Assembly: GCA_038874135.1 (NCBI GenBank)
Contig: JAVZCZ010000001.1
Span: 320,001-384,000 of the forward strand
Direction of reading: 5' to 3'
Length of the DNA: 64,000 nt
From: Candidatus Woesearchaeota archaeon
Lineage (GTDB): Archaea > Nanobdellota > Nanobdellia > Woesearchaeales > 0-14-0-80-44-23
Below the pieces are notes generated by a model. The model searched no databases and was not told where the DNA came from. It worked only from the letters and a program-made list of their open reading frames with translations. Position 1 is the stretch's first letter. Every line of letters begins with the position of its first letter. Positions 39,639 through 49,076 of the stretch are shown here, piece by piece. Made by a program: the position numbers and the translations under genes.

Positions 39639-40415
39639 GTGGTGGAAGTAGAGATTGATACAAAGATTTCAATAGAGGCAAACGCTTCCCGCTACTTTGA
39701 AGAGGCAAAAAGGTTCAAGAAAAAGGCGGAAGGAGCCCTCAAAGCATTATCAGAAGCAAAGAAGAGGATAGAGGAAGAAGCTATAACTTTTCAGAAGCAG
39801 AAGGAAGTTGAAAGCAGGAGGGAGAAGAAGTGGTATGAAAAGTTCAGGTGGTTCATAAGCTCGGAGGGCTTCTTAGTGATAGGGGGAAGGGACGCCACAA
39901 CAAATGACATACTGATAAAAAAGCATATGGAAAAGCATGACTTGGTATTCCACGCAGAGATGGCTGGAAGTCCTTTTGTGCTGATAAAAACAGAGGGAAA
40001 GACGCCTGGAGAGTTAACAATAGCTGAAGCAGCAGCGGAGACTGCTTCATTTTCAAGAGGGTGGCGCTTAGGTTTATCTGAGATGGAGGTTTTTTATGTA
40101 GCTCCAGAACAGGTGTCACTTACCCCAAAGGCTGGAGAATACATGGGCAAGGGCTCTTTTATGATATATGGGAAGAGAAATGTTTTAAGGGCTCCCCTCC
40201 GCGTGGCAGTAGGAATTTATGAAGGAGCGGTGATGTGCGGGCCGCCTTCTGCAGTTTCCAAAAACTGTCCTAAGGGCATCCTGATAGGTCCAGGATCTGA
40301 GAAGAAAACTGACATTGCTAAGGTAATTTCTAAAGAGCTGAACTGTAAGATTGATGATGTAGTTAGAGAACTCCCTTCGGGAGGTTTCAGAATAATAAAG
40401 GATAAGCACAATTAG
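39639..40415 (+). CDS. NFACT-R domain protein (short Rqc2/NEMF homologue)
   Basis: NASRYFEEAK, WYEKFRWFISSEGFLVIGGRDATTN, FHAE..GSP, GEY..KGSFMIYGKRN. Confidence 0.9.
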   Translation: MVEVEIDTKISIEANASRYFEEAKRFKKKAEGALKALSEAKKRIEEEAITFQKQKEVESRREKKWYEKFRWFISSEGFLVIGGRDATTNDILIKKHMEKHDLVFHAEMAGSPFVLIKTEGKTPGELTIAEAAAETASFSRGWRLGLSEMEVFYVAPEQVSLTPKAGEYMGKGSFMIYGKRNVLRAPLRVAVGIYEGAVMCGPPSAVSKNCPKGILIGPGSEKKTDIAKVISKELNCKIDDVVRELPSGGFRIIKDKHN

Positions 40416-40430
40416 AGCAGGTGTTGATAG

Positions 40431-40742
40431 GTGAAAGATTCAGAGGATTCAAGAGCTGAAAGTTCAAAGGAAGAAAGTAAAAAGCTACTTCAAGAAGCTT
40501 CAGCCCTGCCAGTCACAATGCAGATTGGAAAGATGGGAATTACGCCAGGTGTTGTTTCAGAGCTGGAGAAACAGCTTGAAAAGAGAGGGATTGTTAAGGT
40601 GAGAATTTTAAAGAACTACATGCACGAGCTGGACAGGTTTCAAGTTGCAGAAGCCCTTGCAACCAAGAGTGGAGCGCGCCTACTGCAGATTAAAGGTTTC
40701 GTAGCTGTTTATTACAAAAAGAGGATAGAGAAAAAAATGTGA
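40431..40742 (+). CDS. YhbY/CRM RNA-binding protein
   Basis: QIGKMGIT..VV.E...L.....VKV.IL, QIKG...VYY. Confidence 0.88.
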   Translation: MKDSEDSRAESSKEESKKLLQEASALPVTMQIGKMGITPGVVSELEKQLEKRGIVKVRILKNYMHELDRFQVAEALATKSGARLLQIKGFVAVYYKKRIEKKM

Positions 40743-40810
40743 AAGAAGCTTTGGAAACTTTTAAATATGCAGTTAATTATTAAGAAATTGAAAAAGCTGA
40801 GGATTTTAAC

Positions 40811-42304
40811 ATGGAGAGCGCTGCAAAACGCCTTTTGAAAGCCGGTTTTGCTAAGAAGGAGTGGAAGGGCCTGCCGCCTGAAAAGAAAAAGAGCATCTCA
40901 GATAAGGAAGCGGAAGAGTACGCTGACATGGAGGAGATGGAAGTTGAGAAGAATGTCTTTGAAAAAACGGATTTTCCAGCAACTAATCTGAGGCTGAGAT
41001 TCATAAAAGAGAGCCCACAGCTGGCGATGGAAGAAACATATTTCTGGATAATGTCGCAGCTTAGGCTTGGCTTCTCATACCACCACTTTCTTAAAGTGAA
41101 AGACATATTCACGGCTTCAACCCAATCTTCAATGTTCGGCTCGGCACAGCAGAGGCTCGGAGCTCAACAGGACAAAGCATCTCAATACTTAGCAATAATA
41201 GGTAAGATGGTAAAGGAGCTCTTCCAGCTGGTTAGAGAACTCAGGATTTTAGACGAGAGGTTAAAACTTTATACAGATTCAGAAAAGGGGGATGTTGCAG
41301 CGGAGGTAACTCTAAAAGGAATATGGATTGACCTAGTAGAGGGCGGCAGCAAGAATCCTGCTTCGGTGTATGGAATGGCACACGATGTCGGATTTGCAAC
41401 GCTTCCAGACCTATTCTTTGACATAAGAGTCAAATCCTCTGATGAGGTAGATAAGAAGGTTGAAGCGTTGGACTTCAACAGGAAAGTTAAAGAGGTTCTT
41501 AAGAGGAAACTCAAGACATACCTGCTCTGGAAGGAGAACACCTACAAGGAATTACAAACCAAAAGGAAATTTACACTCCGCTACATGAGGCAGCATTATG
41601 ACGCCATAAAAATGTATATGGAGTGGGTAAAGCCCTACCTTGGGCAGATTAAGAGGATGATGATGAATGATGAAAGGCTGGATGACGCAAACCTGGTAAG
41701 CGCATTTGAAGGCTCAGTAATAGATGTTGAATTCGTTGCCTTCAAGAAGGACAGCGCCAAGTATGGAGAGTATATGCCCTGCATAGTAGTATCATTCAAC
41801 TACAGAACGACTCCCTCTTTGAACTACCACGCAGAGGGCTACCAGAGGGGACCTATACATGTTGGAAGAGTAGAATGTACTTTGAGAGGGTATGTTTGGA
41901 CTAAGGAGCAGCTGGAAGCTTACAGGAGGTATAGGGAAGAAGAGGCGTTTGAGGTGCTCACATCAATTGACAGCTCGCTAAGAGAGGCGATGGATGCCTT
42001 GGGAGACAGCATGAAGGACTACCTGAAAGAAGCTGGTGAAAAGTTTGAAGTAGAAGAAAAGCCTAAAGAAGAGAAAATAAAAAGGGAATCAGCGCTCGCT
42101 CCATTTGTATCCATATTTGCAGGCCTTGGAGAAATACTTTCAGCATTTACAGGAGGCATGGAATTTTTCAAGAGCTCAGGCTCTTCAAAAGATGAGGAAT
42201 TAAAGAAAGAAAATCAGAAAAAGGCGGCAAAGAAGGATGTAATAGGCGCAATGTCCAACACTTACTTTAATTATAAGAAGTCTCACGGGCTCCTCGCCTG
42301 GTGA
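40811..42304 (+). CDS. Uncharacterised soluble protein with coiled-coil segments
   Basis: Long ORF with typical codon usage; no recognised catalytic motif. Confidence 0.8.
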   Translation: MESAAKRLLKAGFAKKEWKGLPPEKKKSISDKEAEEYADMEEMEVEKNVFEKTDFPATNLRLRFIKESPQLAMEETYFWIMSQLRLGFSYHHFLKVKDIFTASTQSSMFGSAQQRLGAQQDKASQYLAIIGKMVKELFQLVRELRILDERLKLYTDSEKGDVAAEVTLKGIWIDLVEGGSKNPASVYGMAHDVGFATLPDLFFDIRVKSSDEVDKKVEALDFNRKVKEVLKRKLKTYLLWKENTYKELQTKRKFTLRYMRQHYDAIKMYMEWVKPYLGQIKRMMMNDERLDDANLVSAFEGSVIDVEFVAFKKDSAKYGEYMPCIVVSFNYRTTPSLNYHAEGYQRGPIHVGRVECTLRGYVWTKEQLEAYRRYREEEAFEVLTSIDSSLREAMDALGDSMKDYLKEAGEKFEVEEKPKEEKIKRESALAPFVSIFAGLGEILSAFTGGMEFFKSSGSSKDEELKKENQKKAAKKDVIGAMSNTYFNYKKSHGLLAW

Positions 42305-42384
42305 GTTGCGATTTGACTGATGATCAATTCAACTATAAGTTTTAATAAGTGCCATCAGGAATTATGTAAGGTGGATAATGCACG

Positions 42385-44430
42385 ATGATAATTGGGAGTG
42401 ATTATTACAACAATATGGACAGGGGATATTATTCTGAAAACTCAGAAGGCAGCGAGCCCGACATTGAAAAGCCCATAGTGCGCATAAGCGAGCTTGGACA
42501 GACAGTTACAGAGGGCAGGGCTGGAGGGGGAACTCTCCTGGACACGATGAGAGCTGCAATATTCAGAGGGGCTGGAAAGGTGGAGCTTCAACTCCAGCAG
42601 GAGGGCTCTGAGCCATTCGTTGGAGCTGAATCGTATGGCAGAGAGATGAGACAGGACATAAGAGACCTATCAAGAGTCAACCAGGTAAGGATAACCAGCA
42701 TACACGCACCAACCTGGGTCGGAAACCTTTCGGGCTATGCTGGCAGGCAGCAGGGATTCAGTGATGAGTACAGAGCAATGCAGGTTGAAGAGATAAAAAA
42801 GGCAATTGACTTCGCTGCGGACACAACAGGAGGCTCAGCAGTTGTGGTTCACACAGGAGAGTTTGAAAGGCCTATAAGCGAGAGTCCCTGGAATAAGAAC
42901 GGCGCTTTTAGGCAGTATGAAGAGGAACCTCAGAAGGCAATGTATTCTCTCGTTGACAGGAGAAGCGGTCATGTAATAAGTGTCATAAGAAAGGACACTC
43001 CTATAATGGTTCCAAAGTGGAAGACGAATGAGAAGGGCGAATTTGTGGATTATGAGGGGAATGTCGTCTCATTCAAAGATAGGGTTCCCGAGTTTGATCC
43101 TAAAAATCCTGAAAAGATAATTATGGAACAAAAGGACTGGAACTATTTTATTAAAGAAGCTGAGATGAGAAACCGGGAGCTTGAGCGCCAAAAGGGCAGA
43201 CCCCTTCTTCCAGATGAAAGAATAACCCCTGAAGAGGCGTTCTATATCTCAATGCTGGACGCTCAGGAAAAAACAGCTAGGGGCTGGGCAATGAACTATG
43301 CACAGGGGATGGAAGAGCAGATAAAGGCGCTGGAAAAGTTAAAAGAGGCGAGAAAGTATTATGAAGAGCTTGAGAAGAGGACTCCAAAAGAGCAGCTGTG
43401 GAAGATAATGAGGGAGGATCCTACAATTAGCAGAATTACAGGAGGAATTGCGCCTTCAGAATACAAGCTTCCAACCCAGTTGATTGACGAGCAGATAAAA
43501 GAGATTAGGGAGAGAATAAATGCTGAAAAAGACATGGTGACTGGACAGTTACAGAGTGCTAAGGAAGCTGAAATTGCAAAGCAGAATGTTATATCACTAG
43601 AGAAGTATGCCAAGAATAAAACCCTGCACTCGTACGCTGAGCTAGGAATATATGCTATGCAGCGAACTGAAGAGGGGATGAAACAAGGAAAGATTGACAA
43701 GCCAATATTCATAGCTCCAGAAAACCTGTTCCCTGAAATGGGCTACGGCAGCCATCCTGAAGAGCTGATAGAGCTTGTAGAAAATGCGAGAAAGAAGATG
43801 GTAGAATACCTCACACAGCCTCAGATTCCAGATCCTTCAGGAGCTTTGGACCCAGCAACTGGAAAGCCTAAAATGATAAACAATCCGTACTACAGGGGAA
43901 TGAGCAGGGAGGAAGCTGAAAAGAAAGCTAGGGAGCATATAAAGGCAACACTGGACACTCAACACTTAGGAATGTGGTTCAAGTATTTCACTCCAAAACC
44001 AGGAGAAACCGAGGAGGAACGCTTCAAGAGATTTGAAAAGTGGTACCTTGAAGAAGTCAAAAAGATGGAAGAAAAGGGGATAATAGGGCACATGCACATA
44101 GTTGACGGATTTGGAAGCGGACATACGCATCTCCCAGCAGGGGAAGGCAGGCTACCTATAAGAAGCGCTGTGGAATATCTAAAGAAAAAGGGCTACACAG
44201 GTACTATGAGCTCTGAAGGCTATGGAGAGCAGGGAAGACAGCTTACCCAGGCGTGGGCATACTTCGGAAGCCCCATCTATCACAGAGCGGCTGTAGAACC
44301 ATCTGCAGCCAGGAGCTGGACTGAGGTTGAACACTCATACTTCTCCCAGATGCAAACGCCATACTTTGTATTCGGAGCATACTCACCTTCTAACGATTGG
44401 ACCCTGTGGAGCGGGGTGCCATTAGAATGA
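42385..44430 (+). CDS. Xylose-isomerase/AP-endonuclease-2-like TIM-barrel protein with large helical insertion
   Basis: SIHAP, VVVHTG, APEN, TLDTQH, HMHIVDG...HTHLPAGEG, SEG. Confidence 0.8.
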   Translation: MIIGSDYYNNMDRGYYSENSEGSEPDIEKPIVRISELGQTVTEGRAGGGTLLDTMRAAIFRGAGKVELQLQQEGSEPFVGAESYGREMRQDIRDLSRVNQVRITSIHAPTWVGNLSGYAGRQQGFSDEYRAMQVEEIKKAIDFAADTTGGSAVVVHTGEFERPISESPWNKNGAFRQYEEEPQKAMYSLVDRRSGHVISVIRKDTPIMVPKWKTNEKGEFVDYEGNVVSFKDRVPEFDPKNPEKIIMEQKDWNYFIKEAEMRNRELERQKGRPLLPDERITPEEAFYISMLDAQEKTARGWAMNYAQGMEEQIKALEKLKEARKYYEELEKRTPKEQLWKIMREDPTISRITGGIAPSEYKLPTQLIDEQIKEIRERINAEKDMVTGQLQSAKEAEIAKQNVISLEKYAKNKTLHSYAELGIYAMQRTEEGMKQGKIDKPIFIAPENLFPEMGYGSHPEELIELVENARKKMVEYLTQPQIPDPSGALDPATGKPKMINNPYYRGMSREEAEKKAREHIKATLDTQHLGMWFKYFTPKPGETEEERFKRFEKWYLEEVKKMEEKGIIGHMHIVDGFGSGHTHLPAGEGRLPIRSAVEYLKKKGYTGTMSSEGYGEQGRQLTQAWAYFGSPIYHRAAVEPSAARSWTEVEHSYFSQMQTPYFVFGAYSPSNDWTLWSGVPLE

Positions 44431-45566
44431 GAAAGAAAAGCCTCGTCTCAGTAGTGAGGTGCAATTCTTACAAACTAAAAGAGGTTGAATCTGCAGTAAG
44501 GAAGTCCCTTGAAATGTTGGGAGTTGAAATCCCTAAAAGGAAGAATGTTCTGATAAAGCCCAACATAATACTTCCAAAAGAGCCAGAATATTCTGCCACA
44601 ACGCACCCGGCATTGGTGGAAGCGGTTTGCAGGATTCTTAAAGAAAAGCAGTGCAGAATAATAATTGGAGAGTCAGATGGAACCGGGCTTACTGAGCTTG
44701 GCTTCAAGAGGTCCGGAATTGAAGAAGTAGCAAAAAAGTATAATGCAAAGCTTGTAGCATTTGAAAAGGACAAAAAGATAAGAATAAAACGCAAGCATAA
44801 TCTCATAGTAAAAGAGGCATACCTTCCGGAAACACTAATTAAAGCGGACTTTGTGATAAACCTGCCGAAGCTGAAAACACACTCTCTAACAAAATACACT
44901 GGAGCAATAAAGAATATGTTTGGAATCATCCCGGGAGGCACTAAAGCTTTATACCACAGCCTCGCCCCAACAGAAAAAAGGTTCTCAGAAGTTCTCATAG
45001 ACGTTTATAATTTCAGAATCCCAGACCTAAACATAATAGACGGAATAGTTGGAATGGAAGGCATGGGCCCAACTCAGGGCACTCCTAAGAAGAGCGGACT
45101 AATAATTGCTAGCACAGATGGGCCCGCACTGGACTTAGTAGCTTCCAGGATAATAGGACTTGAACCTGAAAGGGTGTATCATATACAGAAAGCGTTTGAG
45201 AGAAAACTCTCAGACAAGAACAACATTGAAATAGTTGGAGAGGATGGCAAGGTTGAATCGCTCGGAAGGTATTATATCAAGTATAAGAGGGCTCCGGAAG
45301 CTGGAAGCTTATTGTCCCTGCTTGGAAGGAAGGCGATAAATGCGTTTGCTCCCAGACCAATATTGATGAGGGAGAAATGCACGGCGTGCAGGGTCTGTTA
45401 CAAGCACTGCCCTGTAGATGCCATAAGCTTCAAAAGGGGATTTCCAGAGATCAATAGAAAGAAGTGCATAAGGTGCTTCTGCTGCGTTGAGCTCTGCATT
45501 CAAAAGGCGATGGTGGTTGAAAAAACGACACTTCTTTCAATAATAAAAAGGCTAATTGGAAAATAA
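44427..45566 (+). CDS. DUF362 family protein with C-terminal 2x[4Fe-4S] ferredoxin domain
   Basis: VLIKPN, TTHP, INLPKLKTH..T..TGAIKN.FG, DG..GMEG.GP; CTACRVC...CP and CIRCFCC..LC; ATGA overlap with the upstream gene. Confidence 0.9.
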   Translation: MRKKSLVSVVRCNSYKLKEVESAVRKSLEMLGVEIPKRKNVLIKPNIILPKEPEYSATTHPALVEAVCRILKEKQCRIIIGESDGTGLTELGFKRSGIEEVAKKYNAKLVAFEKDKKIRIKRKHNLIVKEAYLPETLIKADFVINLPKLKTHSLTKYTGAIKNMFGIIPGGTKALYHSLAPTEKRFSEVLIDVYNFRIPDLNIIDGIVGMEGMGPTQGTPKKSGLIIASTDGPALDLVASRIIGLEPERVYHIQKAFERKLSDKNNIEIVGEDGKVESLGRYYIKYKRAPEAGSLLSLLGRKAINAFAPRPILMREKCTACRVCYKHCPVDAISFKRGFPEINRKKCIRCFCCVELCIQKAMVVEKTTLLSIIKRLIGK

Positions 45567-45569
45567 GAT

Positions 45570-46721
45570 TTATAGCCCGGCTTCCTTCCTTAAAATTTCA
45601 GCCTTATCAGTTCTCTCCCAGGTGAATTCTGGAAGCTCCCTGCCAAAGTGCCCGTAAGCAGCTGTCTTAGAATATATCGGCCTCTTCAGATTGAGCGTCT
45701 TTATCATCTCAGCAGGTTTGAATGAGAAGTGCTTTCTGATTAGTTCTAAAATTTTATCTTCAGGAATCCTGTTTGTGCCGAAGCACTCTATGTTTATTGA
45801 GGTTGGCTCGGCAACGCCTATGGCGTATGAAACAGTTATCTGAAATCTATCTGCGATTCCTGAAGCAACTATGTTTTTAGCCACATACCTCGCCATATAA
45901 GAAGCTGACCTGTCTACCTTAGAAGGATCCTTTCCAGAGAAGGCTCCTCCGCCATGGGGCACTATGCCTCCGTAAGCGTCAGCCACCACCTTCCTGCCAG
46001 TCATTCCAGTATCAGCTTGAGGGCCGCCCAGCACGAACTTTCCCGTGCCGTTTATTATGAACTTCGTGTTCTTGTCAATCAATTTTCCGCAAACCGGGCT
46101 TATAACATGTTTGATTATGTCCTGCCTCAATTTTTCAACCTTAACCTTTTCAGAATGCTGAGCGGCTATGATTACATTGTCAATCCTTACAGGCTTTCCA
46201 TTCTCGTACTCCACGCTTATCTGCGCCTTTCCGTCAGGCCTAAGATAGGGCAGGGTTCCGTTCTTGCGCACCTCTGCAAGGCGCATGCAGAGCCTATGAG
46301 CCAGTAGTATTGGAAGGGGCATCAGCTCTTTAGTCTCGTTGCAGGCAAATCCCGTCATTGTACCCTGATCTCCTGCTCCCTGTTCGTGCTTTTCAGAAGG
46401 GTTTACACCCTGCGCTATGTCTGGACTCTGAGGTTGTATTGAAACCAGAACACCAGTTGTCTTAGCATCCAAGCCGCACTCTTCACTAGTGTAGCCTATC
46501 TTTGCTATAGCGTTCCTAACTATGTTCGGGATTTCCACATAAGTTTTAGTAGTTATCTCTCCAGCAACTAGAATAATGCCCCTAGTAGCGAATGTCTCAC
46601 ACGCAACTCTCGCATCTGGATCCTTTTCAATTATTGCATCAAGTATGCTGTCCGAGATTATATCACACACCTTATCAGGATGTCCCTCTGTTACACTTTC
46701 TGCTGTAAAGATTTTTTTCAT
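45570..46721 (-). CDS. metK: S-adenosylmethionine synthetase (bacterial/eukaryal type)
   Basis: [37 protein letters not shown]; start ATG 46721 after GAGGTG SD. Confidence 0.97.
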   Translation of the reverse strand: MKKIFTAESVTEGHPDKVCDIISDSILDAIIEKDPDARVACETFATRGIILVAGEITTKTYVEIPNIVRNAIAKIGYTSEECGLDAKTTGVLVSIQPQSPDIAQGVNPSEKHEQGAGDQGTMTGFACNETKELMPLPILLAHRLCMRLAEVRKNGTLPYLRPDGKAQISVEYENGKPVRIDNVIIAAQHSEKVKVEKLRQDIIKHVISPVCGKLIDKNTKFIINGTGKFVLGGPQADTGMTGRKVVADAYGGIVPHGGGAFSGKDPSKVDRSASYMARYVAKNIVASGIADRFQITVSYAIGVAEPTSINIECFGTNRIPEDKILELIRKHFSFKPAEMIKTLNLKRPIYSKTAAYGHFGRELPEFTWERTDKAEILRKEAGL

Positions 46722-46782
46722 TAGTACGCACCTCAATCTGAAAAGGTGCAGATTGTGGTAGTGTTTTTAAAGTTTTTGGAAG

Positions 46783-46806
46783 AAAATATTCCAATAGGAA
46801 TATTTT
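46783..46806. promoter_or_regulatory. Perfect inverted repeat AAAATATTCC-N4-GGAATATTTT upstream of the metK TATA box
   Basis: 10-bp arms read directly; lies between the Lrp gene stop and TTTAAAAA (46771-46764, minus strand). Confidence 0.55.
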
Positions 46807-46815
46807 TAATTAAAT

Positions 46816-47310
46816 TTAATGATTTAAAACATTAAGCTTAGGCGCTGGAACCTTTATCATTTGTGCTAGTTCCATGTCCGAGAGAAACTCTTCTCTTTTC
46901 AGCTCATCCACTATATAATACACCTGTCTGTCCACAAGATGAAACCTCATCTCAAGATTTTCAAGGAAGTCTTCCGCCTCTTGTATATTTCTAAAAACAC
47001 CTTCAACTAAGAAGTCGTAGCCGTTTGTTACCTTGTAAAGCGAATTTACATTGTAATGTTTAAGAAGATAGTTCTTTGCTTCTTCTTTGTATTCCCGCTC
47101 AAATCTCAGAAAGATGTTTGCCCTGATAGCATATCCAAAAGCTGAGAAGTCAATCAGAGCAGTATACTTCTTGATGAGATTTCCCTGATAAGATCTTATT
47201 TTTTCATAAAGAGTAGAGATTGGAATGCTTGTTTTTCTGCTCATCCTGGTAAGAGACATTCTTGCGTTCTGCCTAAGCTGGCAGATTATCTTAGATTCGT
47301 CCTTCCTCAT
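46816..47310 (-). CDS. Lrp/AsnC family transcriptional regulator
   Basis: L..NARMSLT.MSRKT.IP.ST, YTALIDF..FGY, C-terminal V..LY.V..GYDF. Confidence 0.92.
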   Translation of the reverse strand: MRKDESKIICQLRQNARMSLTRMSRKTSIPISTLYEKIRSYQGNLIKKYTALIDFSAFGYAIRANIFLRFEREYKEEAKNYLLKHYNVNSLYKVTNGYDFLVEGVFRNIQEAEDFLENLEMRFHLVDRQVYYIVDELKREEFLSDMELAQMIKVPAPKLNVLNH

Positions 47311-47410
47311 TTTTTAAGACGCCCCACTGAAACATTAAAAAATAGTAAAATATATATACTTTATTGACTTATAATAAATTAGGTATATAAAGTATATATT
47401 TTGATGAAAT

Positions 47411-48379
47411 ATGGAATTTAGAAATGTGATTAAATCGGGGAACACCTCTTATGTAATTTCGCTGCCGCGAAGATGGATTCTAAAAAACCAGATTGAAAAA
47501 GGAAGCGTTCTTTCAATTCAAGAAAACAGAGACGGCTCTCTAATAATTACTCCTGAAAAAAAAGAGCTGAAAAAAACTGAAAAAGAATATTCAATAAATC
47601 TGGATGAAACAACTCCTGAAACCTTCCGAAGGCAGCTGGTTTCCTGTTACATAAATGGGTATACTACTCTGATAATAAGAGGAAAAAATATTACGAGCTA
47701 TTTAAAAATGATTAAAGACTCACTAGAAGAACTGATAGCCTTTGAAATAATGGAGATAGAAAAAGAGAGGATAGTGATAAGAGATTGTCTGAATTTTGGA
47801 GAGATGAATTTTGAAGACATAATAAGAAAGATGGACATAAACATAAGAGGAATGTTTGAAGAGGTTTTAAACTCGTTGGAGAAATTGCAGATAACTGAAA
47901 CTCAAATCTCATCAATAGGAAACATGGACAAAAATCTCAATAGGTTAAATTTTCTTTGCGAAAAAATTGCACGCGAAGCCCTTGAAAAGCCACCCGTTGC
48001 TAACGCGCTAGGAGTTTCTCCCCTACAAAGTTTTATAGCAGTAAATACCAGTGCCGCATTAGAGAATATAGGGGATAACCTAAAAAATTTAATGAAACAT
48101 CTAAAAAACAGCCTCAGCCGGGAAGAAAAAGTGTTTATAAGGAAGCAGTGCTTGTTATCCTTTGAAAACTACAAGAATGCTATGGAAGCATATTTCAAAA
48201 GGGACAAGCGCGCTGCAAATCAGGTCTCTGACGAAAAGCACAGAATAAGAGAAAAAAATGAGGAATTCTTTGCAAAGAAGAAAAACATGAGCATAGCTGC
48301 ATCAAGAGCGATAGAACGCATTCAGATGATTGAAAGCATGATAGGAATAATAATGAGAACAATAATTGACATGGTATAG
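47411..48379 (+). CDS. AbrB-PhoU phosphate uptake regulator
   Basis: N-terminal R.VIKSG..SYVISLP..W (AbrB-like), YINGY, LENIGD, PhoU helical repeats. Confidence 0.88.
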   Translation: MEFRNVIKSGNTSYVISLPRRWILKNQIEKGSVLSIQENRDGSLIITPEKKELKKTEKEYSINLDETTPETFRRQLVSCYINGYTTLIIRGKNITSYLKMIKDSLEELIAFEIMEIEKERIVIRDCLNFGEMNFEDIIRKMDINIRGMFEEVLNSLEKLQITETQISSIGNMDKNLNRLNFLCEKIAREALEKPPVANALGVSPLQSFIAVNTSAALENIGDNLKNLMKHLKNSLSREEKVFIRKQCLLSFENYKNAMEAYFKRDKRAANQVSDEKHRIREKNEEFFAKKKNMSIAASRAIERIQMIESMIGIIMRTIIDMV

Positions 48380-48384
48380 CTAAA

Positions 48385-48945
48385 ATGGAAATTGAAATAT
48401 CACAAATAAAAAATATAAGAAAAAAACTGGAGATAACTCAGTCAGAACTTGCCAAACTTTCAGGCGTATCGCAGTCAATGATAGCAAAAATAGAAAGAGG
48501 AAAAATAGACCCTTCTCTCAGCATCTTTAAGAGGATTACCAATGCCATCACTGAACTTCAAAAGAAAAACTCAATAAAAGCGTATGAAATAATGAACAAA
48601 AAGATAATATATGCTTCCGAAGGAGAAACTACCAATTCAATAATCAAAAAAATGCTCAAACATGGAATATCACAAGTGCCGATATTTAAAGGAAAGAAAT
48701 GCATTGGATTAATAACTGAGAGCCAACTGCTAAAAGTAGGGAGCAAGCAATTAAAAGCAAAAGATGTCATGGGCGAATGTCCACCAACCATTCCAAAGGA
48801 CACGCCAATTGAAAACCTAATGGGGTTAATAGAATATTCCCCACTGATACTTGTTGTAGAAAATGGCTCTCCAATAGGAATAATCACAAAGAACGACATA
48901 ATAAAAGGAATGCTTTCCTATTCAAAAAAACAGGGAAAAATATAA
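48385..48945 (+). CDS. XRE-HTH plus CBS-pair transcriptional regulator
   Basis: ITQSELAKLSGVSQSMIAKIERG.IDP; CBS motifs ISQVPI, GIITKND. Confidence 0.92.
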   Translation: MEIEISQIKNIRKKLEITQSELAKLSGVSQSMIAKIERGKIDPSLSIFKRITNAITELQKKNSIKAYEIMNKKIIYASEGETTNSIIKKMLKHGISQVPIFKGKKCIGLITESQLLKVGSKQLKAKDVMGECPPTIPKDTPIENLMGLIEYSPLILVVENGSPIGIITKNDIIKGMLSYSKKQGKI

Positions 48946-48994
48946 CATTTAGTTAAATTTTTATATTACTCCTATTGTCACAACCTCTTGAAAC

Positions 48995-49067
48995 AGCCCC
49001 GTGGTGTAGTGGCCAATCATACAAGGCTCTGGACCTTGTGACCGCGGTTCGAATCCGCGCGGGGCTA
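48995..49067 (+). tRNA. tRNA-Gln(CTG)
   Basis: Acceptor AGCCCCG/CGGGGCT (A1-U72, typical of archaeal tRNA-Gln), anticodon arm CAAGG-CTCTGGA-CCTTG, T-loop TTCGAAT. Confidence 0.95.
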
Positions 49068-49076
49068 TTCTCAATT

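Noticed and set aside
42305-42384. C/D box sRNA (TGATGA at ~42318)
   Set aside because: No suitably placed CTGA D/D' boxes.
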